Source: Eledone cirrhosa (lineage: Eukaryota). Taken from it: a stretch of DNA of 64,000 nt. The stretch is taken from assembly GCA_964016885.1 (NCBI GenBank), contig OZ024743.1:49538001-49602000 (forward strand). The letters run 5' to 3'. Shown one piece after another: positions 45,287 to 56,907 of this stretch. Under the pieces are notes generated by a model, which was not told the DNA's origin, made no database searches, and saw only the letters and a program-made list of their open reading frames with translations. A program made the translations under genes and the position numbers. Numbering within the stretch: position 1 is the stretch's first letter; each line of letters starts with the position of its first letter.

Positions 45287-45461
45287 TATATAGGTATATA
45301 TATATATATATATATATAGGTATATATATATATATATATATATAGGTATATATATATATATAGGTATATATATATATATATAGGTATATATATATATATA
45401 TATATATAGGTATATATATATATATATATATATATAGGTATATATATATATATATATATAT

Positions 45462-45608
<147 letters not shown>

Positions 45609-45617
45609 GGTATATAT

Positions 45618-48600
45618 ATCATCATCATCATCATCATCAGGTTTAGCGTCCGTGTTCCACGCTTGCATGGGTTTGGACGGGGGTTTTCCCACTTGAGGCA
45701 AGAGTGGTTGTCTTGCTCGCATAGGACTGTCTGGCGGGTTTTCTACAGTTGGATGCCCTTCCTAACACCAACCACATTTACAGTTTTGGGCTGGGAGGTT
45801 TTTACCGTGTTGCCTACACGGCCACATTACAGCGTGGACTGTCTGGCGGGTTTTCTACAGCTGGATGCCCTTCCTAACACCAACCACATTTACAGTGTGG
45901 GGCTGGGAGGTTTTTACCGTGTTGCCTACACGGCCACATTTACAGCGTGGACTGTGTGTTTTTTTGTCGTGACACCTACACGATCTCATTTGTTTCGGCC
46001 TGGATGTTGTGGGACCAACATAACTTTACATTGAAAGGGGCGGTGTGGATGGGGTGGAGGTGGTGGGACGGGGGGGTGTTTTGATAGAGATGCCTACTGA
46101 CTGTAGTAGGTTTTTACTTTGTATTTAGGTAAGGCGGGTCTTCTCTATTACTGAGTACCGCCAAAGGTCTCGGTCCAGTGACATTGTCTTGGAGAGGTGT
46201 AAGCGTGTGAGGTCGGAATTTATCAGCTCGTCCCATGTTTTTCTGGGTCTGCCTACTCCGTGGCTACCGTCTATCTTTATTGCCCTGCACCTTGTTATAC
46301 AGCTGTCGTCTTTCATGCGCATCACGTGACCGTACCAACGTAGCCTTCTCTCGAGTAAACAACATCGGATCCCTCTTATTTCTAATTTTTTCCTTAGTTC
46401 GTTTATGCTTTGCCGTTCACGTATATTACTATTGCACATCCAGCGGAGCATGCAAGCTTCGTTCCTCTCTAGTCTGCGTATATCCTCTGCACACAATGCC
46501 CAGGTCTCACTGCCATGCAGTATTGATGTTCGTATGCAGGCATCGTATAACCTGCCTTTCATTTTTAGGGAGAACCCTCTAGCGGCTAATAATGGTATAA
46601 GCTCTCTGAACTTTTTCCATCCAGTTCTGACTCTAGCTACTGTACTTTCAGAGCACCCTCCCCCACTGCTGATTTTGTCACCCAGGTAACGGAAGCTGTC
46701 CACTATTTCTATAGAACCCTCTGCGCAGTTGAAGGAGCTAGTATTTTGTGGGCACTTGCTGCTACTTATTGCACCAGAGCACCGGCCACATGTAAAATCT
46801 ATGTTCTTAGTTAGCTTACCTGTGATCCCACTACATCTTTTATGCACCCATACTTTGCATTTGGGACATAAAATGGAGTTTCTACCTACACCTTTCCTAC
46901 ACACTGAGCATGGCCATTTCCCAGATGGGACTGCCGCCTTATTTTCTTTCCTACAAACTAGAACTTTAGTCTTAGCCAGGTTAATTTTAAGGCCTTTTGA
47001 TTCTAGGCCGTGCTTCCATGTTTGGAATTTCTTCTCTAGTTCGGTCATTGATTCAGCTATGAGCATTAGATCATCTGCGTATAGGAGTTCCCATTGGCAG
47101 CCGGTCTTGAACTCCTCTGTTATAGCCTGAAGGGCAATAATAAATAGTAGGGGGCTAAGAACAGAGCCCTGATGGACACCAACTTTTACGCTAAACTCTT
47201 CACTATATTCGTTGTTAATTCTAACCTTACTGACTGTTTCTTTATACATGGCTTGTATAGCTCTCACAAGCCATTCGTCAACACCTAGTTTTCTAAGAGA
47301 CCACCAGATAATGGAACGGGGGACTCTGTCGAAGGCTTTCTCCAAGTCGACGAAAGCTAAGTATAGGGGTTTACTTTTAGCTAGGTACTTCTCCTGTAGT
47401 TGTCGTACAATGAAAAGAGCGCCTGTGGTACTTTTGCGTGACACAAATCCGAACTGCATTTCATCTAGATCAATTCTCTCTCTGATTAGTTGCGCTATTA
47501 CTTTTTCCGTGACCTTCATGACCTGGTCGATTAATTTAATGCCTCTATAGTTACTCCTATCTAGGGCATCTCCTTTTCCCTTATAGCAGTTAACGATGAT
47601 GCTGCTACGCCAGTCCTTCGGAACAACCCCATTCTGTACGACTTGGTTAACTATCCGGGTGACCATGGTGTGTCCCACCGAACCAGATGCCTTCAGCATC
47701 TCAGCAACTATTTCCGAAGGACCAGCCGCCTTACCCGTCTTCATATCTTTGATTGCCTTGCTTATTGTACTACCCTGAAACTAACACTGCTGGTCCCTCT
47801 ATTGGGTCGATGTGGGGAAGACTGTCTTTCTCCCATTTGTTCTCCTCATTTAGAAGCCTTTCGTAGTGACACTTCCAAGCTACCTTCTTATCAGCGTCGG
47901 TGATGGCAAGTATGCCATCATCGTTAAGTACACACTTCTCCCCGACAATATCACGGTTTTCCTTGACACATTGCCTGGCAATCCTGAACACCTCACGTTT
48001 TTGGTCCTCACGTTGTAGAACATGCTTGAACTTTCTTTCCTCTGCTTCCCTTCTTGCGAAGTACACTTGTCTCCTAGCTTCTCTCCTGGCCACTTGATAG
48101 TCTTCTCTACTTCCCCCATCCCGCCATGCTTTCCAAGCCTGCTTTTTGGCCTTAATTGACTCCTCCACCTTACTGTTCCACCACCATGTTACTCTCCTCC
48201 TACCTACAGGCCTGCTCCAGCCACAGACTTCGTCTGCCGCCGTCAGCAGGTTTGCTCTCAGGAATTCCCACTGTTCCTCTATATTATACGACTCTAATTG
48301 CTCATCCTTACTGTCGAAAGTGTCAAGTAATATGCTTTGAAATTTATTTCTGGCTATGGGGTCCTTTAGCTTCCATATTTTTCTCCTGAGGATAGTCCTC
48401 TTCCGCTGTCTTGTACGTCTCGTCCTGACTATGAGGTCGCTAATTATCAGTCTATGTTGGGAGGTGAATTCTTCATGGGGGATGGATTTAGTGTTAACAA
48501 CAGACACTCTGTCACGTCTTCTGGTAAGGATATAATCTACCTGGCTTGTGTGTTCCCCCGATCTATAGGTGATCAAGTGATTGTCTCGTTTTTTGAAGTT

Positions 48601-48729
48601 AGTGTTACAGATAGTTAAGTTATTTGCGTCGCAGAATTCCAGGATTCTGGAGCCTTCCTCATTTCTAGTACCGAACCCATAGCCTCCATGGATTCCGTCA
48701 TAGCCGTCACAATGTTGTCCAACGTGACC

Positions 48730-48732
<3 letters not shown>
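45618..48732 (-). mobile_element. RTE LINE family A, longest copy (APE C-terminal half + RT + C-terminus), frameshift ~47770
   Basis: APE motifs NGHVG..G.G.RN..G..ILEFC..L.I.NT.F..QVDYIL..SQHR; RT ORF 46125-47744; ~112-bp duplication in the 3' UTR. Confidence 0.96.
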
Positions 48733-48826
<94 letters not shown>

Positions 48827-48851
48827 GGTATATATATATATATATATATAT

Positions 48852-48888
<37 letters not shown>

Positions 48889-49134
48889 TATGTATGTATA
48901 CGTACATACATATATGTATACAGACGTACAGTAGCATGCATATATATATATATACATATATATGTATATATATATATATACATACAGGTACACATACATA
49001 TATGTACGTATCAGTTTAGCGGACGTTTATTATAACGCCCGCTTTGTCCGTTTGTAAACAAACTGACAGCCTGAATTTATGCCATACGGTGTTAAGGCAA
49101 CCACGTCACCTTTTTGTTCAACACTGACACAGGA

Positions 49135-49177
49135 ACGATTTACTAGTTTCAAGCTTGTTAGCTATCATCAGTACCGT
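49135..49177 (-). ncRNA. Minimal type I hammerhead motif
   Basis: Minus strand: acggta-CTGATGA-t-agct(aaca)agct-t-GAAA-ctag-TA-aatcgt; one stem I mismatch. Confidence 0.72.
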
Positions 49178-49421
49178 ATACCCTTCTGCCAGATGGTTGA
49201 ACGTTCGAAAGTATATACTTTCCTTATGAAAATTAACGGCTGAGCAGCGTAATTTGCATATCGAGTGAGTTCAGTCGGCCAGGCGCACCGAAAAAGGTGA
49301 CGTGGTTGCCTTAACACCGTACGGCATAAATTCAGGCTGTCAGTTTGTTTACAAACGGACAAAGCGGGCGTTATAATAAACGTCCGCTAAACTGATACAT
49401 ACATATATGTATGTGTACCTG

Positions 49422-49471
<50 letters not shown>

Positions 49472-49707
49472 TGCTACTGTACGTCTGTATACATATATGT
49501 ATGTACGTATACATACATACTTACATTTAAGTAAGTGCCATACTAAGAGTGAGAAATGAAATTTCGTTTTCATTTTATTACAACTTATCGTTTTCGGTGC
49601 GCCTGGCCGACTGAACTCACTCGATATGCAAATTAGGCTGCTCAGCCGTTAATTTTCATAAGGAAAGTATATACTTTCGAACGTTCAACCATCTGGCAGA
49701 AGGGTAT

Positions 49708-49750
49708 ACGGTGCTGATGATAGCTAACAAGCTTGAAACTAGTACATCGT
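49708..49750 (+). ncRNA. Minimal type I hammerhead motif
   Basis: acggtg-CTGATGA-t-agct(aaca)agct-t-GAAA-ctag-TA-catcgt; palindromic stem III. Confidence 0.83.
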
Positions 49751-49892
49751 TATTTATTACTTGTCCAATTCTTTAAAGTTTTATCTTAGTTTCTTGTCCT
49801 ATTCTTTTAAAGTTTTATTTTAGTTTCTTGTCCTGTAATTTTAAAGGTTTATATTCCAACAATATTACTTTTTTTTGCTGTACGCATTATCT

Positions 49893-49939
<47 letters not shown>

Positions 49940-50020
49940 GTATATATATGTATATATATATATATGTATATATATATATGCATGTATATATATTTGTACA
50001 TATATATGTATGTATATACG

Positions 50021-50067
<47 letters not shown>

Positions 50068-50099
50068 CACACACGCACACACACATATATATATATAAA

Positions 50100-50900
50100 T
50101 GAAAGGATTACAAAGGAGAATACATACTGTTAGAACATCTTTATACAAAAGCACCTATGTACGTTTCCCCTGAAAAGAGCTTCTCAGGGGCATACAAATC
50201 TAGAGAGTGTTCAGTACAGAACCCAGAAAGGGCTTTAAGATGATAATCATATCGAAGTTCGTTCTTGATTCAAACAGACATGGTTGTTATTGTCACAGAG
50301 CAAGAGGAGTAACTCTGGCTGGTGTTTGAATAAATGTCCCTAAATGGCTTATCATCCGTTCACATGATGGTTGTTTTCCGCTACTATTTTATGGGTGCCA
50401 CTTTACTACTGCCTAATCGGGCTGGATCAGAGAGGCATAGTTGGAGTATAGATGTTTAGTTATGCAACCTGCCCACTGGCAGGTTATGGTTTGGTGCAGG
50501 GGGACCCAGTTTATGGTGTTCAGGTCTCAACCGGAGTCCAACCATAGAATGACTGCTGTATTCTGTGTCTGCAATTTATTACAGATTCTGCTGTGTTGTT
50601 TATGAGCTCTAGGGGTGCTCTTACGATATGGTAAAGTTCCATGAGGCAAAGCTGGCACTTCCTCTTGAAGTTGTACGGTGTTGCCCTGCTGACAATTTCC
50701 CAATATGTGGAGAAGCTAATGTTGGAGTCTTTCAATGTTGTGATATAGTTGGCGAGTGATGTGGAGTATCTTAGCTTCTAAATATTAACACTTCCGATAT
50801 TTAACCCTGTAGGCACAAGTATTGAGCACAAATGCACCAGCTTTTGGCAACTAACTATATGTATCGCTTATTCCTTTAAACCTCTACTCTCTCACGATAC
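50100..50900 (-). mobile_element. Penelope-like element 3' fragment (GIY-YIG C-terminus 50520-50770) with degenerate hammerhead ~50151-50192
   Basis: STSLANYI..LK..WEIV.RA.PY...CQLC.ME..IN...CRH resembles 35897-36226; gtattgagcac tail motif on + at ~50819. Confidence 0.7.
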
Positions 50901-51297
50901 TAAAATATTCTCTCTCTCTATATACATATATATACATATATAAAGAGAGAGAGATTACATAAAGAACTGTAGCAATGTAATTGTGTGTGCTTATGCAGAC
51001 TAAAGAAATAAATTATAGAGTATAAAGTGTGTGTGTAGGTGAGGGATGTGCTGTGTGTGTGTAGGTGAGTGATGTGCTGTGTGTGTGAAGGCGAGGGGGG
51101 GGGATGCTGTGTGTGTGTAGGTGAGGGGGAGGTGCTGTGTGTTTAACAGGCAGAACAAACAGTTTGTCTATTGTAGTGAAAGCAGTTTGATCATTCTCAC
51201 AAATATCTATAGATTGATTTTTTACGCTTTATTTAAAAAAAAAGATGAAAGTATTTGGAAATGAGCAGCAGTGTAAAGATAGTATATCTGTTTAGAT

Positions 51298-51432
51298 ACT
51301 GTCAAGGTAGACATAGACGACAGTAAAGTAAGGTAGTGTCAATGTAGACATAGATTGCAGTAAAGTAAGGTAGTGTCAATGTAGACATAGACCACACTAG
51401 ATTGTGGTGTCAAGGTAGACATAGACCATACT
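51298..51432. repeat. Short tandem repeat, ~36-bp unit (gtcaaggtagacatagac..), ~4 copies
   Basis: Seen directly. Confidence 0.7.
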
Positions 51433-51604
51433 AGCTCAGCTCTTTTCATATTGTCAATACACTTGTTGTACCATGAATTTTTTAATTATTTTTAACAAGT
51501 TTTGTTAGCAACAAGAAATTAATGAAATTGATAATTACAGCACAAGTGTTGTATGACAAATTTCTCTGCTAAATCAAGGGTTAGCCTTATTGGCCCCCAT
51601 TATT

Positions 51605-51785
51605 GACTTGGTAGTATCGGTAGAGGGTCGGACGCCATGCTTTCCAGCATAGTTACGTCCCTTTACGATCTGAGTTCAAATCCCGCCAAGGTTGACTTTG
51701 CCTTTCATCCTTACGGGGTCGATAAAATAAAGTACCAGTAATGCACTGGGTAATTGCTGGCCTTGTGCCAAAAGTAGAAACAATT
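51605..51785 (+). mobile_element. tRNA-derived SINE (second family)
   Basis: B box ctgagttcaaatcccgcc followed by gactttgcctttcatcc..ggggtcgataaaataaagtaccag. Confidence 0.65.
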
Positions 51786-52169
51786 ATTGACTTAATATTT
51801 ATATTGGAGTCCTTTTTGTTGCAATGTTTTACAGTTGGATTCCCTTCCTGTCCCTAACCCTTTCAATTGCTTGTTCCGACATGTTATATATACCTATTCT
51901 AAACCAGATGCATTCAACACAATACAATTAATATATAAACAATTGAATATTATACCCAAAGTTATAGAGCTCTGTTGCTATAGAGCTTGTTATGTATGTA
52001 TGTACACCAAATTGCCATGAATTCTGTGAAGGAATATGATGTTTAGCTGTGCTATGTGTAGTATAAATAAACCTGTTAAACAATATAGATATAGAAAGAT
52101 AATTCTAGAAGATAACCCCTAATCCTATCTCTATTCTAAATATTGTTTATCTTATTTCTTCTATTTCAG

Positions 52170-52261
52170 GTAGTACCAAAAGATTACAAGACAATGGCAG
52201 CTCTTTCTAAGGCTATTGCAAAAAATGTATTATTTTCGCACCTTGACGATAATGAACGAAG
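52170..52261 (+). CDS. PRKAR1: Internal coding exon of cAMP-dependent protein kinase type I regulatory subunit ([30 protein letters not shown])
   Basis: Polypyrimidine tract + ttcAG acceptor, AG/GTAAGT donor, 92 bp, phase 0 to phase 2; the peptide closely matches RI-alpha [31 protein letters not shown] as I recall it. Confidence 0.95.
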
Positions 52262-53297
52262 GTAAGTACCTTTATTTCAGATTACACATTTGTCTATGAA
52301 GTAACCCCAGCTTAAACCCTTGTGTCTGACTTGAAAGAAAGTACAAGACATGCTGAGGGCAGTAACTCTGAGTAAGTGATGGTTGTAGTTGGTAGCGGTA
52401 GTGATACTGTTGACGTCTCATGATTGCCATGACTAACAATTTTTTTTTTTTTCCCAAACTCAAGAAAGCTTCTAGATATAAGTTTGAAAGCAGAGGCAAT
52501 GGAGAGGGGGTTCTAACTAGTAGTCGTCAACAAAATCTCCATACAGTTTCAATACACAACAAGTCTCAGATGTCCAAATGTCAGCAGAAGGGCACCCAGG
52601 AGTCATGAACTGAACGTGGCTCAGCTCCTTTAGAGTCTAAGAAGTTAAAGGTCAAAACACTTGTTTGAGGCAGGGTTTTTGCTGTCCAGTTCTTCTGTTT
52701 CTTACCACCATCTTCTTCATATCTTTCCCATGTGTGTGTATATATGTCACATCTTCATATATAGCTTCATGTGTATATGTGTGTGTATCAGCCTCTCATT
52801 AAATTTTGGGTTCTTTATTTGATTTATGGATAAAAATAACAATTGTGTAACTGGTAATATTTTTGGCATATTCATTTCCATTAGTTTTTGGTTGTTGTTT
52901 CCAAAAAATCACTGAAAGTTAATGCAGTGAGTCTTCATTCAACAACATAAGACTTGACTTTGATCCATCATTAACAGATAAATTTAAACTTTTTAGATAA
53001 ATAATATTGACATTGGAAGCTGCAAGGAAAAAATGCCACCAAAGAACAGACCTTCATTTAGATGAAAGTCTCATAAAGCTATGACAAAGCAGCTACAAAG
53101 GAAGAATGAAAGTGAAGAACAATGAAAGAAAGATTCCAAAAATGAAGAAAAACAACAGTGAAATATAGGCAAAATGAATCAGAAGAACAAAGATCAAAAA
53201 GGCTTGGTTATGGTGTGTGACAGCTCACACCTATGCAGGTTTAGCTGGCCTCCTCCAAGGTATATCTCGTTAGAGGTGTCTTGGGTAATTTAATGAT

Positions 53298-53457
53298 AGG
53301 GACCTCAGTCCTATCATCTCATTTCTACAGCTGAGTAAACTGTAGCAATGTGAAATAAAGTGTCTTGCTCAAGGAAACAACACATCACCCAGTCCAAGAA
53401 TTGAACTCACAACCTTTTGATTGCAAGCCCAATGCTCTAAACACTAAGCCATGCACC
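53298..53457 (-). mobile_element. tRNA-derived SINE head, same family as 17640
   Basis: Reverse complement of ~17640-17800. Confidence 0.85.
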
Positions 53458-53656
53458 TTCACAAGCCATGTGCCTTCACTTTGGTTATGGTAAGACAAGG
53501 AAAGTAACTATTTGTCAAGAGGAATTAGAAGTATGAAACTACAGCACAAAACAGAGAGGATGAACCAGATACACAAAGATCATCAAGGCTTCAACAACAA
53601 AATATAAGTGCACAGAATAGACAGGATGAATCAAGGAACAAAGAACAAAAAGTTTG

Positions 53657-54406
53657 CTGAAGATAGGGCAATGAAAGCAACTGTTCGTTAAGAGGAATCA
53701 GATGTACTGAAGATAGGGCAATGAAAGCAACTGTTTGTTAAGAGGAATCAGATGTACTGAAGATAGGGCAATGAAAGCAACTGTTTGTTAAGAGGAATCA
53801 GATGTACTGAAGATAGGGCAATGAAAGCAACTGTTTGTTAAGAGGAATCAGATGTACTGAAGATAGGGCAATGAAAGCAACTGTTTGTTAAGAGGAATCA
53901 GATGTACTGAAGATAGGGCAATGAAAGCAACTGTTTGTTAAGAGGAATCAGATGTACTGAAGATAGGGCAATGAAAGCAACTGTTTGTTAAGAGGAATCA
54001 GATGTACTGAAGATAGGGCAATGAAAGCAACTGTTTGTTAAGAGGAATCAGATGTACTGAAGATAGGGCAATGAAAGCAACTGTTTGTTAAGAGGAATCA
54101 GATGTACTGAAGATAGGGCAATGAAAGCAACTGTTTGTTAAGAGGAATCAGATGTACTGAAGATAGGGCAATGAAAGCAACTGTTTGTTAAGAGGAATCA
54201 GATGTACTGAAGATAGGGCAATGAAAGCAACTGTTTGTTAAGAGGAATCAGATGTACTGAAGATAGGGCAATGAAAGCAACTGTTTGTTAAGAGGAATCA
54301 GATGTACTGAAGATAGGGCAATGAAAGCAACTGTTTGTTAAGAGGAATCAGATGGGCTGAAGATAGGGTAATGAAAACAACTGTTTGTTAAGAGGAATCA
54401 GATGTA
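53657..54406. repeat. Near-perfect 50-bp tandem repeat, ~15 copies
   Basis: ctgaagatagggcaatgaaagcaactgtttgttaagaggaatcagatgta; internal copies identical. Confidence 0.97.
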
Positions 54407-55109
54407 TGAAAATCATCAAGACAACAAATGGAGAGAAATAGAGCAGCTCAAAGGCGGCATGAAGAAACTGAAGCTCAAATTGCTTGAAGGCTATGTGAAC
54501 AGAGAGCAAGAACAGAAGATTTATGATTTAAAAAGGTTGCCAAGTGGAGCTTTGTTGCTTTTAGTTACAATTCAGATCAAGACTCTGCACCAGAACATTT
54601 AATTCAAATTTCCTCAATGAACAAAATTTGTCCAAATTTTAGTGCTAAAAAATGGAATGGTGAGTCAACTGGATTGTGCTGTTTAAATGGAAAGATTAAA
54701 TTTTAATGATTACCTGAACTACCCGAAACCTTCAAAGGACTGCTGATTGGTACAACTATTGAATCAAGACACTTTCTTCAAAATATTCAAAAGTACAATA
54801 ATACATTCCAAATGAAATTATATGGTGTAAATGTCATCTATGAAGGTGGCTTTATACTCACTGTCAAGATCCAAGGACAAGTGTACCATAGAAGTGGACC
54901 GCTTCAGACACAGAAGGACCAAAATATTTACAACTGTATTTCATCAGTTATATGAAAACCCAACCAAGATATGAAAGAAATAAAGAAACAAAGTATATAA
55001 TGTCATGTATAAATATATATAAATAAATGTTAATAAATCTAAAGAAAATAAATAACAAGAAACAAAGATATCTTATCCAGTCAGTTGCCAATGTGATAGC
55101 GACTTGCAA

Positions 55110-55385
55110 CAGTTGACTGATAAAATGACAAGTCAGTCAATCATAGTGGGGGCCTCCCCACAGCCCCGGCAGACAGAATGGAGAAGGCGTTTCCCCAGAG
55201 GACGGCAAGGGAGACGCGCTGGAAAAGCCATTCCAGCTCATGAGGCTCACACCTGTGGCTGACCAGCTCAGCGCCTATGGTGGTGAGTAGGGAGGTAGCC
55301 CTAGGGCCGAGGACACCAGAAGTCTCCACTGCCAAGGGTACAACCGCAAACCTGTTGGAGAGCCCGAAGTGCAGCAGAACCTGGT
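55110..55385 (-). mobile_element. CRE-like non-LTR retrotransposon 3' fragment (restriction-like endonuclease C-terminus)
   Basis: VPLAVETSGVLGPRA..L..IG..L....EP.E..WLFQRVSLAV..GNA.SIL; GC-rich island. Confidence 0.7.
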
Positions 55386-56907
55386 TTAGTTTCAGACTGC
55401 ACCAGGTTGCAAGTGGAGAAAGTATATAATCATATTGCACCTAAAAGATATGTTAGATCAAGAAACAGCTATATTAGAAGTCTCAAATAAATTATAGAAA
55501 ACATTTTGAATGAAATTTCATTATTTTCTTTAACCTGGGCAACGTCGGGTACTTCTGCTAGGAATTTTATATAAAAGTCTGTTGTATTACAAATACCATC
55601 TTCACATTGAAATGATAATTTTAGTAAATCCATCAAAATTCTTCATTAATTAATTGAAATACTGTGTATTTTATTAGAAATATGAGTACCAGCAGCAGCT
55701 AGGGGTTAATACCTGCAATAGGTTGGTATCCAGTTCAGGGAAGAGTCTCTTTATGACAGGATTGGTGCTCCTGTCATTAAAACAAACAAAAACCTTCCTA
55801 TGAGACATAGCCTAGTAGGAGGCCAGTTACATAGGTGTGAACTGTAACAACATAGTGGTGTTTGAATTCAGAATGGAAAAAAGAAAGGAACTGGTCATTA
55901 GATGAAATAAAAGGAACTATTTCCAATGGACTTTCCATTGCTGATACTATCTGCTGGTTGTAACTTCTCACAAAGAACCAGAGCAAGGCAACATGTTCAG
56001 TGCTCTATTTAATACTCTGGATTGGAACTTTATTTCGTTGACTCTAATAAAAGGTCTTTATTCAAAATTATCATGCAAGGTTCTAATTTTAATAAAAACA
56101 TTTTGAAATTGAGAAACTTTGTATCATAAAATGGGAGTTGCTCTCAGGAAGGCTGGTGTCAAAAGAATTCAAACAGAAATCGTAGTTTGCTCATTTCTTA
56201 AACCAGCCATTTTCTATTTTCTATTTATTTATCATCTTCTTATCTCTTAATATTTGTTATAAAGCTTCTATATATTTCTGGTTAGGAAATTAATCTGTTA
56301 AGCAATAAGTTCCATGGTCTATACCATGTCTCAAGATCCTTGTTCTATTCCAAGCTAAAAGAAACATGTAGATGTCAAAACCAACTATCTTGTGTACTCC
56401 TAGTTTGCTGTTCAAGCATATCACAGCTATTTATTTGACCTCAATATTTTCTTCAATCTACTAATCAATAATACTTCACTAAACATTTCTCACAAAACAA
56501 TATTGGATTGCATTAAGCCAAAAGAAAAATCAAGGAAAAATGTAAACAGCTTAGCTTGTCTGGTTTATATTTATTCTTAATTCAATGCATGGAATTTCTT
56601 ATTCTTTACCTAACTTAATTGAGGACATATCTATTCTTAATCTCATCCGCTTTTCAAGATATTTTATATTGAATCAGTTCTCTTGTTTCTTCCCTTGTAT
56701 GGATTCAATTCCTGTTAAGATTATGTGAAAAAAACCATTGTTAATCTACTTTCTATATACAGTTATTGACAGTTTCTAATAGAAAGTTTTTTTTTTATTA
56801 AAAATTAATATTCAATAAATGCAAGGTAGTGGTCATTATGGCATATACCTGTACAGATTTAGTTAGCCTCTTTTGAGGTTACATGGGAGGAAGTTTCTTG
56901 GATGTCT

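Larger units (their letters stand above)
48885..49752. mobile_element. Retrozyme-like hammerhead element, two inverted, permuted copies (family R1, copy 2)
   Basis: 48885-49292 (-) and 49291-49752 (+) share the same segments in permuted order; hammerheads at 49135-49177 (-) and 49708-49750 (+). Confidence 0.8.
53030..55561 (+). mobile_element. Helitron remnant (degenerate RepHel N-terminal region plus 3' terminus); 5' boundary uncertain
   Basis: 54630-54905 translates (with stops and a shift) to CP...AKKWNGESTGLCCLNGKI..SRHFLQNIQKYNNTFQM..KIQGQVYHRSG; 3' end cctgggcaacgtcgggtacttctgCTAG at 55534-55561. Confidence 0.7.

Noticed and set aside
53657-54406. CRISPR array, or tandem hammerheads (each unit has CTGAAGA..GAAA)
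   Set aside because: No spacers and a eukaryotic context; stems I and II do not pair, so the core-like words look coincidental.
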